Positions 38,387 through 50,092 of a stretch of 64,000 nt of DNA are shown here, piece after piece. The stretch covers positions 93,374,001-93,438,000 of the forward strand of contig NW_024704742.1 in the NCBI RefSeq assembly GCF_018977255.1, in the 5' to 3' direction. Every line of letters begins with the position of its first letter. The first letter of the stretch is position 1. The notes under the pieces are model-generated. The model did no database searches. It was not told where the DNA came from and saw nothing but the letters and a program-made list of their open reading frames with translations. The translations under genes were made by a program, and so were the position numbers. The stretch comes from Callorhinchus milii. Its lineage: Eukaryota.

Positions 38387-40507
38387 GATTATATTTACAA
38401 GCAGTGAACATCATCCCTAATTCTGTTCAGCACATAGACACTGAAGTCAATTAGTTCCAAAAAAAAGTTTTGCCTGAAACAAAATTGTGAGATTTCCATG
38501 ACTCGCCATTCAGTGAAAATAATTATACTGTATATCCCATCAAAAATATTCGTAGCTTTGAAAGCTGCTCCAAGGAAAATTGTAACTGATTTTCAAGTCT
38601 CATCACATAACTAACCTTTTATTCCTACCATCACCCTAATGAATCTCCACTGCACCCTCAGTATATTAAACCAATACAGCGTTATAAAATGATAAGGCAA
38701 AATCAAATTCAAGGAATATTGTTTAATAATTCAAAGCTCAAATACCAAACTTCACCTTATTTTATTTCTGGTCCGTCTGAATTGCTTCAGTACAAATACT
38801 CTATATAGTACTGTTCCTGGGCTTTTTGTGGGTATTTCTGTGCATAAATTGGTTGCCTCGTTAACCTACAAAATACACTCACTACATTTCACAGTAAATA
38901 CTGTGAATCACTTTGAGACATCTTTCTTAAGAGTGATATATCAAATGCAATTATTATTATTATTAATATTACACTCAAGACTAATACAAATAGTACAGAT
39001 TTTTTTAAAAAAATATGCTTAGACCAGTATGGATTGCAGAGATATTTGGAGATCCAAAATACACGTTGGGGCTCTACCTGCAGCTTTTCTGCTCAGTTTA
39101 TTAACTGTAGGCAATCATTTCAATGGGATTTCCCATTATTAAATCCCATCAAAGGATTCACTGGACTTAGCAGGTGCATCAGAATAAACTCTTTTGTTTG
39201 TAGAGGAACTTCGCTGTTCGTAAAGATTTTCCACACAGACTAGGAATCTCCCAGGTCCAATCCCCAGCCTTTGATTAGTCACTTGAGCTGTAAGGTTTCT
39301 ATAATTAACCTCAATATCACTGAGGCAAAAAAAGGAAATTTAAGACAGCTCCTATTACTGATTGCTGTGCAGTGATCTCCTCTAGGAAATGCATCTGTTT
39401 GCATGCTGGATGAGTACAGGAGCAGGATTAGATATGGTGCACTGTGTAGAATGACAATACACACTATCCCAAGCACACAAACATAAGGAAAAGCTAGTTG
39501 GGCAAAGTACGCTGGGGTGACTGACTCCCGTGAAACTGTATCCCAACAGTGATTCACATCTTCAGGAGAAAAAATAAGCACTAAAGCTGTGCAGAGATAC
39601 AAAGTAATAAAGCACTGGCCTGCTCCAGGGCTTTCAGGAATAGCAAATGTAGGAAGCTATATTGGTCCTGGTGGAAACTTCATTGTGAATAATCTGCTAC
39701 CTCTAATAATCGCTCAGTGTAAATATTCTAGATCATTTCAACACGGAAAGTAATCATGCTAAATCTTGGTCGTTAAAGCTAAATCTTGGTCGTTAAAGCT
39801 CAGGCTTGTGTCAAAAAGGAATTTGGACTGAAATGTTGAAAGAAAGATTCTGGATGATTGTAATGTTTATTTTTTAAGACAGCAGTCAATAAGGTCAACA
39901 TGCCATGGGAACAAGGGTAGATTATTTTTAAATTTCATTGCAGACATTCTCAGTGCCAGTGAGCTCTGTTGTACATTTCAGATTGACGTGTCTTTATATA
40001 GGAAATCAATGTGGAAAACAAATCAGTTGTGAACTCCTGGATTTGGGTATATTTAACAATAGTTAATTAATTGTCCAGCTAGTTAACCTTGAAAAACTAC
40101 CAATCAAAGGATATAAGTAGAATTCTGTTGTTATGTTACCTATTTGATCGGATAGTACTGTCTGACTTCCTGACCTGCATTTTTCAGCAACTAAAAACAG
40201 AACACTAGATGTGCTATAGACAGCGCTCGATGAACCAGAACAGAAAATGGTACTATTATTGTACACAATGAGCTGCTGCTTAACCCTTTCACCTCAAACC
40301 GCTGGAACCATCGCTCAATAGTAAGGGATGTGTGTCTGAGCTGCAGACAGAAGGATGGTGGCAATGCTCTCATGCATTTCATGCTGAGCTGTGTTGCCCA
40401 CCAGGAAGTTCGCAGGGAGTTCCTTCTACTTGCTATCCACATAGTGCCTCTCCCAGGAGAATATAAATCGTCAGGTACTATAGAACATTTACTTATCTCA
40501 ATCGTTT

Positions 40508-40758
40508 CCCGACAGGGTGAAACCTTGGGCAAGTTTCCTTACTCCACACGCCTGATAATAATCCCTCAAGAAAAAACAATAATAAATTGGCCATTTCAAT
40601 CCACGACTGTTTGTGGGACACTGCTGTGCGCAATTGGCTGCCGCATTTCGTCCACAAATATACAGTCAATTCACTTTACAGTCTATTCTGTAAAGCGCTT
40701 TGAGACGTCTAGAAGACGTGAAAAGCGCTATATCAAATGCAAGAATAATTATTATTAT
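40508..40758 (+). mobile_element. Young SINE, 5'-truncated
   Basis: Family similarity. Confidence 0.88.
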
Positions 40759-41547
40759 TCCTCTCACAATATCCTCCAAGTAAATATTTATTTAGTTCCT
40801 TTTTTGAAGGATAATTGTGTTTGTGAATAAGGAACTGCAAGATATTTATCATTTAAAGCTTCTAATTTGTTTTGGTCAGCCGGGTGTCTGACACATGAGG
40901 AAAGCCATCACCATGCTTAAGAGTATCCAAGCCAAATTGAGAATATATCCCCACTGTGTGCATAGCCCAGTCTCGAAAATATAAGCTGCTGCATCTGTGT
41001 GACCTTTCAATTTCCCACATCAGCCTTGCGTTATGCATTAAACCTCCATCTCACTGTTGCTGGTAAGTGTATAGTTGGGTTATAATCTCTAGACTCAATT
41101 TTAATTTTCTAAAAGGATTATTTTCCGACCTCTCTAGAGTTGGGTTCACATCACTGCTGCTCAAGAAAACATGGCAGTCAATACATTGTCCAGATGTTAT
41201 GCGTATTTAGTTCAAAGAGATCCTTTCATTCTAAGAATGTTTTATCTTTATTGTTTTTAATTATATTGATAAAATATATTTTTTCGTATTTGTAAGATTG
41301 CTTGGTCATCTAGCCACTATTTTAAAGGAATAGTAAAAAGAGTAAGAGGTTTTGTATTATGGGGCAGAATGAGAGGGGAATACTGGAGTGTTAAGTTAAT
41401 ATTTGCTATTAATTGCACTGATAACATTCCTTGCCTTTGATTTAGCGCTATAATGTTGAAATGTGTTTAATACATGAGTGTTGTCAAGTGCATTTGCAGC
41501 ACACACAGGACCCTATTTGTGACCAACAAGGTTCCACAAAAAGCCAC

Positions 41548-43085
41548 AAACAACAACAACAAATTGCATTGATATATTGCAGTGTGTTTGAATAATCCAG
41601 GTGGGAGGTGACAAATGCATGCACAAGAGTTTTAGCTGCATTTGGGATAAGGTATGGTCCAAGGTGAGCAATGGAGGTGGAGGTTGAGGAAGGCGGTCCT
41701 GGTCAGAGGTTGGGTGTGGGGGAGGAAGGACATCTGGGGGTCAAACTGGATGCTTAGATTACACACTGGTTCAGTGAGTGTGAGGGAGAACGCAAGGAGG
41801 TTGAGGAATTCAGATCTGCAGGAGTGAAGAAGTTGACGGGAGCCAAGGAGTATGGCTTCCGTCTTGTCCACATTCAGCTGCAGGAAGTTGGCACTCATCC
41901 AGGCCCTGATCTCTGCCAGACAAGCTGATAGAACATTGGCGGAGCTGGATTCGATACTGGAGGAGACAAAGTATATTTCAGGGTTTTCAGGGGAGTAAAA
42001 CAGAGCCTGAGGAGAGAGACTGGTTGATCCTGTCGGCCAGCAGGGGGAGAAGAGGGGTAGTTAAGTGACCAGCAGCTGGCTGGGGAGGGAGTTGAGGCAG
42101 TAGGTGGTGAAATTCAAATGGGTGATTCTCGTTGAGAGGTATGAGGGAGAAATGGGGGAAAGAAGTATAAGGAGGGGGGAGCGGCATGAGCCATGGCGGG
42201 GGGAGAAGGAGCTGAGGATGGTCTGGGTGGGGTGGAAGGGGATATGGGGCGGGGGAAGAGGACGATGCAGCCAAGCAGATGTTTTCAATCTTTGAGGTGA
42301 AGAAGTCTAGGACCTCTTTGCACTTGGCGTTTGATGTGAGGATAGTGGGAGCTGGATGGAGTGTACGGAGGAGGTGATGGACGGTAGAAAACAGTGTTTT
42401 TGGATTGTTTTGAGCCTCCAGGATAGCTTTGGAGTAAAAGTCAGTTTGGGCTTATGAAAGGGAGAGGTGGTAGGTGCGGAGGTGCTCGAGCCACAGATGG
42501 CGGTGAATTGTGAGGCTGGATTTCTGCCATCTGCATTTCAGGGTCCGGATTTGGGTTTTTGAGTGAGCGGAGATGACTGTTGTACCAGGGGAGCGGGTGG
42601 GTTTGGAAACAGCCCTGGATTTCAGGGGAGACAGGGAATTAAAGGATGTGGCGAGATGGCCGTTCAGCAGCTTGATGGCTGCATCAGGATCACTGCGGGT
42701 GGAGGTCCAGAAGGAGAGGAGATCCGAGGAAGAGAGGGCATTTGCGAGGGACTCAGGGGGAAGCTTTTTCCAGGGGCGGCAAAAGATGGTGGGCTTGGAA
42801 GGGGGAAGTGGGATGCGGGAGGAGAGGGAGATGAGGAAGTAGTCCAAGGTGGCCTTGTCTGTGATAGACAGGTCGGAAATGTCAAGGTCATGTGTGATGA
42901 TGAGGTCGAGGGGAGGTAGCCATGGTTGTGGGTCGGCGAGTTGATGTGGACGGTGAGGTTTAGGGAGGAGAGGAGGGCAGTGACATCCGAGGAGTTGGTG
43001 CAAGGGGAGTTAAGGTGGAGGTTGAAATTACCCATTATGAGCAGGTATTTGGTACGGAGGGACAGGGATGAGAGGAGGAAGGAGC
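41548..43085 (-). mobile_element. L2-clade LINE ORF2 remnant (endonuclease to RT, internally deleted)
   Basis: MGNFNLH (GDFN-like), LDLIITH and [20 protein letters not shown] peptides in the ORF track; frameshifted. Confidence 0.85.
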
Positions 43086-43478
43086 CAGGAGGTTTGGGGG
43101 GAAGGACATCTCAATGACAGAAAGTGCTTACCTTAGCTGGAGGATACCCGAAAAATGTAAATCCTGTGAAGCGCTTTGAGATTTCCTCCTTGTGTTAAAG
43201 GCTCTGTATCAAGCACGAGGATTATTATCACTTAATTATCCTTCTTGTACAGAAAAAAAACTTCCCGATGCCTGTTCTGAAAAAAATGCCCTTCAAGCAG
43301 CAGGATCCTGCCTTGAGTTATCTGACAATAAGTACTCCGAGCCGCTGCCCTGCATGAAGAGTGCAAGTTGTTGTATTTCAGGGCTTTGGGACATCCTCCT
43401 GACCAGAAAGGTGCTATACAAATGCAATCTGTTGTTGTTGTTGCTGCATTGTGCCCAGCTCTGATTCAATGTTATTTT

Positions 43479-43780
43479 GGAGTACTGTAGCTCAGTGGTT
43501 AGAGCGCTCGCCTCACAAGCGAGAGACCTGGGTTCAATTCCCGCAGGTCGAAACCTCGGGCAAGTTTCCCTCCTCCACACGCCTGATAATAATCCCTCAA
43601 GAAAAAAAAACAATAATAAATTGGCTGCTCAATCCACGACTGTTTGTGGGACACTGTTGTGCGCAATTGACTGCTGCGTTTTGCTCACAAAATATACAGT
43701 CAATTCACTTTACAGTCTGTTCTGCGAAGTGCTTTGAGACGTCTCGAAAAGACGTGAAAAGCGCTACATCAAATGCAAGG

Positions 43781-43818
<38 letters not shown>
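43479..43818 (+). mobile_element. Young SINE, short subfamily, long (TTA)n tail
   Basis: A/B boxes intact. Confidence 0.9.
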
Positions 43819-44007
43819 CATTTTCAAGCCAGGGCTGCTTGTTGAGGAGGTGGGAGAACATTCCTGGGATGAATTTTTCTGCAATCGTTTTCTTTTGGAG
43901 GAGGAGAAGGAGGAGGAGGGGAGTGGGGTAAAGATCCTGAAGCTCACTCTCATCCTGTTGCTGACCCAATAACTTCAGCGTGAGCTTGGTCTGGTTCCCC
44001 AGCCTCT

Positions 44008-44530
44008 GTCAGTCAGTCAGTCAGTGAGAGTGAGAGTGAGTGAGTGAGAGTGAGTGTGAATGAGTGAGAGAGAGTATGTGAGTGAGTGTGTGTGAGTGTG
44101 AGAGTGAGTGAGTGTGTGAGTGGGTGAGTGAGAGAGTGAGTGTGTGAGTGTGTGTGAGAGTGAGTGAGAGTGTGTGTGAGTGAGAGTGAGTGTGTGTGTG
44201 TGAGTGAGAGTGAGTGTGTGTGAGTGAGAGTGAGTGTGTGTGTGAGTGAGAGTGAGTGTGTGTGAGAGTGAATGTGTGTGAGTGAGAGTGAGTGTGTGTG
44301 AGTGAGAGTGTGTGAGTGAGTGTGTGTGAGTGAGAGTGAGTGTGTGTGTGTGAGTGAGAGTGAGTGTGTGTGAGTGAGAGTGAGTGTGTGTGAGTGAGAG
44401 TGTGTGAGTGAGTGTGTGTGAGTGAGAGTGAGTGTGTGTGTGTGAGTGAGAGTGAGTGTGTGTGAGAGTGAGTGTGTGTGAGTGAGAGTGTGAGTGAGTG
44501 AGTGCTGAGTGTGAGTGAGTGAGTGCTGAG
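44008..44530. repeat. Compound GT/GA/GAGT microsatellite, about 520 bp
   Basis: Seen directly; abuts the CpG island. Confidence 0.95.
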
Positions 44531-44707
44531 TGGTCACAGCGCGCAGTGTTGGCTGTTCGGGAGCCGCGTTTGGAGGAGGAAGGACGCGGCTCTGCAAACT
44601 CGCAGCACAGCACAGCCACAGCAGCAGCGGCACAGCAGAGCAGAGCCGCGGCACCAGTTGCAGCGGCTCTCGGTGTGGGTTCGGGGCTGTCAATGGGTTT
44701 AATAAAT

Positions 44708-44717
44708 CCGCCATTTT
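44708..44717 (+). promoter_or_regulatory. YY1-type motif CCGCCATTTT
   Basis: Match to the YY1 consensus CCGCCATNTT inside the CpG island. Confidence 0.5.
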
Positions 44718-44801
44718 CACACTGGCCGCGGGTTTGCGAGTGTGTGCGGCAGCCGCGGTCCGGATGTGTGTGAAGCCGCTGCCCGGGGGGGGCCGCCGGC
44801 C

Positions 44802-44955
44802 ATGAAGAGGAAAAACGAGAAGCGCAGGGGCTGTGTGCCCAAGCGGCGCTCCCTCAGCAGCAGCCCCGGCCCCGGCCCCGGCCCCGGGCAGGGACAGGGA
44901 CAGGGAGAGGGGCAGCTGCCGGCCCCCGGCACTGATGTCTACAGCAGAGTGCAAG
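44802..44955 (+). CDS. CDC14B: Dual-specificity phosphatase CDC14B, first coding exon (MKRKNEKRRGCVPKRRSLSSSPGPGPGPGQGQGQGEGQLPAPGTDVYSRVQ, phase 1)
   Basis: gccATG in a CpG island; donor CAAG|gtgaga. MKRK.E.R...RR.SS.SPG...DVY matches the recalled CDC14B N-terminus. Same strand as and downstream of PRXL2C, as recalled for human. No catalytic exons were seen in the window. Confidence 0.78.
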
Positions 44956-45171
44956 GTGAGAGAGAGAGAGAGAGAGGGAGGGAGGGAGAGAGGGGAGAGG
45001 GGCAGCTCCCCCCCCCCCCTCACTGCCTGCCCACCTGCCCACCTGCCCGCTCGGCTGGCACGAGAGGCATTGCCAGCAGCGCCTGGCAGCGCTCCAGCAA
45101 TGCACGGTCCCGCCTCCCCACTCCTCAGGTTATTGCCGTTGGCAATTGCCGGTGAAGTGCAAACATTTTGC

Positions 45172-45208
<37 letters not shown>

Positions 45209-45994
45209 ACCAATGTTTCCACCCAATCTGTTATCTATTTGTTTATCATCTCGGTGTGTTTTTTTTGCAGTTCACTGATTTTTGCTGTTGTTGTTGGGTT
45301 AAATGGTAATAATAATAATATATATACTGTATATATATATATATAATGCTTCCACCCAATCTATTTATTTATTCTTTCATTGGTATTTGCATTTCATTCT
45401 TGTATTGTTGTTGTTGTTGTTGTTATGGGGTTACATGAATATATGGATGGCCACACTTCAAAGTGGGTGCTCTTCCCCCTGGGGGTGGGGATGCGGAGAG
45501 GTGGGAGGGGGAGAGTAAGCAAAAAATAGAGGTATTGCACTTCTCACTCTATCTGCTCTGATGATGGTTCAAGCAGCGCAACTGCCAAAACCAATGGGAT
45601 GCACACTCAGCAATAACTTGCGTTTATATAGCGCCCTTCACGGTGGCGGAGTTTGACGCCAAGCCGGGGGGGTGGGGGGGGGGTGGGGGGTGGGGAGGAG
45701 GAGGTAACCGTAAGTGAGGTAGAAGAGGAAGGTCTTCAGTTGTGATCGAAGAAGGGGGCAACGTGAAGGGATTGGGGGAGAGAGTTCCAACGCTTTGGGG
45801 TGTCGTGGTAGGTGCGGGTATGGAGTATCTGGCTATTGAATCTGGCTATCTGGCTGTACGTAGAATATGCGGTGCTTTACTTTCAGATCAAGGTTCGTCA
45901 AAGGGACCATATTAAATTCCTAGGTTTTCAATGACTGAACACCAGGAGAATTAGATTTTATATCTTGAGTACATTTGCCCTATTATATATAATG

Positions 45995-46305
45995 ATAAAA
46001 AATAATCGTTGCATTTGATATAGCGCTTTTCACAGCTTCCAGACGGCTCAAAGCGCTTCACAGAATATACTGTAAACTGAATTGACCGTATATTTGTGGG
46101 CGAAACGCAGCAGCCAATTGCGCACAGCAGTGTCCCACAAACAGTCGTGGATTGAAGTGACCAATTTATTATTGTTTTTTTTTCTTGAGGAATTATTATC
46201 AGGCGTGTGGAGTAAGGAAATTTGTCCAAAGTTTCGTTCTGCCCGGAATCGAATCCAGGTCTCTCGTTTGCGAGGCGATTGCTCTAACCACTGAGCTACA
46301 GGACT
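45995..46305 (-). mobile_element. Young SINE, short subfamily
   Basis: Family similarity. Confidence 0.9.
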
Positions 46306-48079
46306 TCCATGATATATATGGAAAGTGAATCTAAAGGAGAATAGTTTGGGGGATGGAAACAACATTGCTCATGATTTTCATGGTGATAGTGTTTTTACAA
46401 GTTATTTATTTGGTGTGTATTGCAGGTTGTAAATTCTTTTTAAAAATCCTCATTGAATGTATTGCAGAAATGGAGTGGTGTTCTGCTAGTAGGTATAATT
46501 AAAATAATCACACTGCTACAGTTGGAGGGGAATCATTCAGTCAAAAGGCTTCCAGGGCTGGTTTAGATAGAGTTACCTATTGTTAGGTGAGTGCCATATT
46601 TGTTTGGCCCCACTGGTGTCACTTCTGGTGTCACTGTGAAAAGTGACAGGAAAGCACAGTTCAAGCTGTATCAGGCACATTAGAAACCTGTGCTAAAGAT
46701 AGATTCCAAGAAGTTACATTTGTGGAATATTCTATGTTCCCAGTGTATTTTATTATCAACAAATCCAAGAGGGAATTAGATAGCTATTTAGGGTTTAATT
46801 GAATTGAGAGGGAATGAGAGATGAAATAAAATAATCCTACAGTACTTTAACAGGGACTGTCCAGATTAGCTATAATGGTCTTCTTGTCTTGAGCATCCCT
46901 GTGTTTTTCTTCTCGAAACCCTGATTCACGCTGGGATACAGATGCACAGTTGTTGGTTAGCCTGCGGTTGATCGTCATCCAAGTGAACATTCTTCATGTG
47001 TGAGCCCAGATAGTGAGTGACTGAGTGTCCCTTCCTTAGACCAGTGCTGCTGAGTAAAATGTTAGCGTTCCAGCTGAGATTGTCTAACTGAGCACTGTCT
47101 GAGGATCAGACCCCAGGACTTTCCTGATCTGCTTTGCACACTAGGTGGTGGCTTTACCAGCTGAGCTATCAGGAGCACTAATAGTGCCATTTGTAGTGGC
47201 GAATAAGAGCTGTAAAATGTATTCATTTGGCTTCCATTTCCTACTTTCAAAACAAAATTCATCATTTCCCAATATAACTGCTAAATTAATGAAGTTACGT
47301 TGAGAAAATGTAAAGAGTGCAATGGGAATGAAAAAGGTCTGTACCCCCGACATGAAACTGTGTCTTCTGCACATTACTTTACCTCATGAGACCTTGATCA
47401 TGGCCCTCAAATCTACTCAGAGCTGATGTATACGTGAGTTGCCCTACAGAAAGCAGTTTAATTTGGGTGGAGGGGGTGGGAAGACTTTTCTGGCTGTTAA
47501 AGACATTAAATGTTCAGTACTTTTTCAACCCCACTCGGTGAGTCTAAATGTATATGTAGTGTAATGAGTTCTAATTCTGGTTGGATAACTCCATTACAAA
47601 AGTTGCTGTTACATGCAGATTTTTCCCATTCCTGCTTCATCACTCAGTATGGAATCCACAGCGTGAAGTTTGCATCAAAGAGTACATGCTCATTGGAGTT
47701 TTTTTTAAAAAAAACTGTCTCCTGGGCAGATGCAGGCAAAGCAAGGCAAATGCCATTAACATTTTGAAAAACAACAAAGTATCAGACAGTTGGTTCCCTA
47801 TTGTGAAGTGTTATGTGAGATCTTATTGTAACTGGTAAAGGTTTTGGCAGATCCTGAGTTGGAGTTTGTCAGGCTGCCATTGAATTCTAACTATCGCAAA
47901 GCCCACCCCAGTAGGATGCATTTGAATTCTGGTACAAGTTCAGAGTGTGAAATTTAGCATATTGGAACCAGATTACTGCAGATTTCAGATTTGTTCCAGT
48001 TCGAACTTGGTAAAGAGTGGAAATGTTGTGTGCGAATGTGAATATATATATATGTATGGGTGCATTAGTGTGCGTTTGC

Positions 48080-48081
<2 letters not shown>

Positions 48082-48115
<34 letters not shown>

Positions 48116-48143
48116 TGGTGGGGGGGGGGGGGGGGGCGGGGGT
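48082..48143. repeat. (GT)n followed by poly-G
   Basis: Seen directly. Confidence 0.9.
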
Positions 48144-48264
48144 GTAGGTGTTAGCATTCGTTATTGAGAATTCTTTTTTTTTACAGTACTGTTGTATTAT
48201 TTGGTGAGAGGTTTGCTGGTGAAACTGTATTGCAGAATTAATTCCCTAACTGTTAAAATGTAGA

Positions 48265-48575
48265 ACAATAAACAACAGTAAATTGGATTCATATAGCGCC
48301 TTTCACGTTGGGAGGATGCCCCAAGGCACTGGACAGTCAAGGGTTTGTACCCGAGCTGTGGATTGGAGTCAAGAAAGGTGAAGGGCAAGTGGTGGGATTT
48401 GGGAGGATGATTGAAGGCACGATCGAAGGTGGCAAAGGAGTGGGTGAGGTGAAGGGACTCTGGGATGGACTTCAAGAGGGTGAGGGCAGAAAGGCTGAAG
48501 GTCCGACCATCGATGGTGGAGTAGGCAGGGAGGGTGACATGGAGCAGGTCAGTGCCCGCCAAGCAGCGGAAGCAC
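48265..48575 (-). mobile_element. L2 LINE 3' end
   Basis: GRTFSLSALTLLKSIPESL peptide, followed by the tail shared with the SINE. Confidence 0.75.
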
Positions 48576-48796
48576 TGGTTGGTAATGTTTTTGTAGGTTT
48601 AGTAGTCTGATAGAAATTATGTATCAGAGAAGTGAGTTAAAATGAATAAAATTTTAGAAATCAGTCAGTCCAAATAGAGAAATACCTCCCAAGATCTACA
48701 TATGTATGCACAAATTGATTTGTGTATGTAAAAAATAATTTAATGCACCTTTATTTCTCAAGAGATAAATATTTATTGTAGATTTGGTTTGCTTAA

Positions 48797-49161
48797 GAAT
48801 AATAATAATAATCCTTGCATTTGATATAGCGCCTTATCATGTCTTCAAGACGTCTCAAAGTGCTTCACAGAATATCCTGTAAAGTGAATTGACTGTATAT
48901 TTTGTGGGCGAACGCGGCAGCCAATTGCACACAGCAGTGTCCCACAAACAGTCATGGATTAAATGACCAATTTTTTTTAAGGAATTATTACCCCGGAAAA
49001 GCGATCAGCCAATCAACTAACAAACGGGTTCCTACTTATTGCTCGGTAAACTGAGATGTGTGCAGTAAGGAAACGTGCCCAACGTTCCGCCCGGCCTGGG
49101 AATTGAACCCAGGTCTCTCACTTGTGAGGCGAGTGCTCTAACCACTGAGCTACAGGACTCC
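48797..49161 (-). mobile_element. Young SINE, long subfamily
   Basis: Family similarity. Confidence 0.9.
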
Positions 49162-49673
49162 ACAGTCCTGATTTGTCCAAAATACAACTCAAGAAGCTGA
49201 TTGTCAAAGAAAACTCCTGATGCATTAGGTGAGTGACAACAACAACAACAATAAATTTCATTTACACAGCGCCTTTCATGACGGGAGGACATTCCAAGTC
49301 GCTGGGACATGATAGTGTAGCAACTGATTACGCAAAACCCAAACCAGACAGCAGAAATACTAATCTGCCATTAATTACCGTATATTTTTTTCAAACAATG
49401 ACAGACAACAATAATAATTATAATAATACTGTTAAAAAGCCTGCCAGTACTATAATAGATCCTATCACTCACTTTTCTCATTTCATCTGCAGAGCACGAA
49501 CGGTTACAAAGGGGGATGTGTTCTATTTGCCGAGAGCAGGCATTGGAGAGATCCTGAGCAGCATTTTGTCCCTACTTTGTATTACGGGTGCGCTGCTTGC
49601 TGCTGTCTAAATTGTATGCAAATCTCGGAGGTTATCAGGTTTTAAATTCAATTGTTGCGTTCAATTATTTTGT

Positions 49674-50092
49674 GGAGTCCTGTATCGTAGTGGTTAGAGC
49701 ACTCGCCTTGCAAGTGAGAGGACCCGGGTTCAATTCCCGGGCAAGGCGAAACCTTAGGCAGGTTTCCTTATTCCACATGCCACTGCTTACCTAGCAGTAA
49801 GTAGGAACCTGTCTTTTAGTCATTGGCTTCCTGGGGGTAATGATCCCTTCCAAAAAAAATAATAATTTGGTCACTCAATCCATGACTGTTTGCAGGACAC
49901 TGCTGTGTGAAATTAGCTGCTGTGTTTCGGCCGACAAAACATACAGTCAATTCTCTTGACAGTATATTCTGCGAAGCGCTGTGAGACGTCTCAACGATGT
50001 CCTCCCGACGTGAAAGGCGTTGTTGTTGTTGTTGTTGTTGATGTGATAAGGCGCTATTATCAAATGCAAGAATTATTATTATTGTTATTATT
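49674..50092 (+). mobile_element. Young SINE, long subfamily, with an L2 tail fragment inserted in its tail
   Basis: Family similarity; extra cctcccgacgtgaaaggcg(ttg)n at about 50001-50039. Confidence 0.88.

Larger units (their letters stand above)
44535..45155 (+). promoter_or_regulatory. CpG island / promoter and 5' UTR of CDC14B
   Basis: The only strongly GC- and CpG-rich segment in the window; it surrounds the first coding exon. Confidence 0.8.

Noticed and set aside
43479..43555. tRNA-Ala-like genes at SINE heads
   Set aside because: No proper acceptor stem or Pol III terminator, and always fused to the SINE body.
43451..43972. Recurrent ORFs with NIQSIHFTV / WDTAVRNWL / [10 protein letters not shown] peptides as a gene family
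   Set aside because: Chance translations of SINE copies in varying frames.
44013..45023. 336-aa and 200-aa His/Thr/Leu-rich minus-strand ORFs
   Set aside because: Translation of the microsatellite and the stop-poor CpG island antisense to CDC14B.
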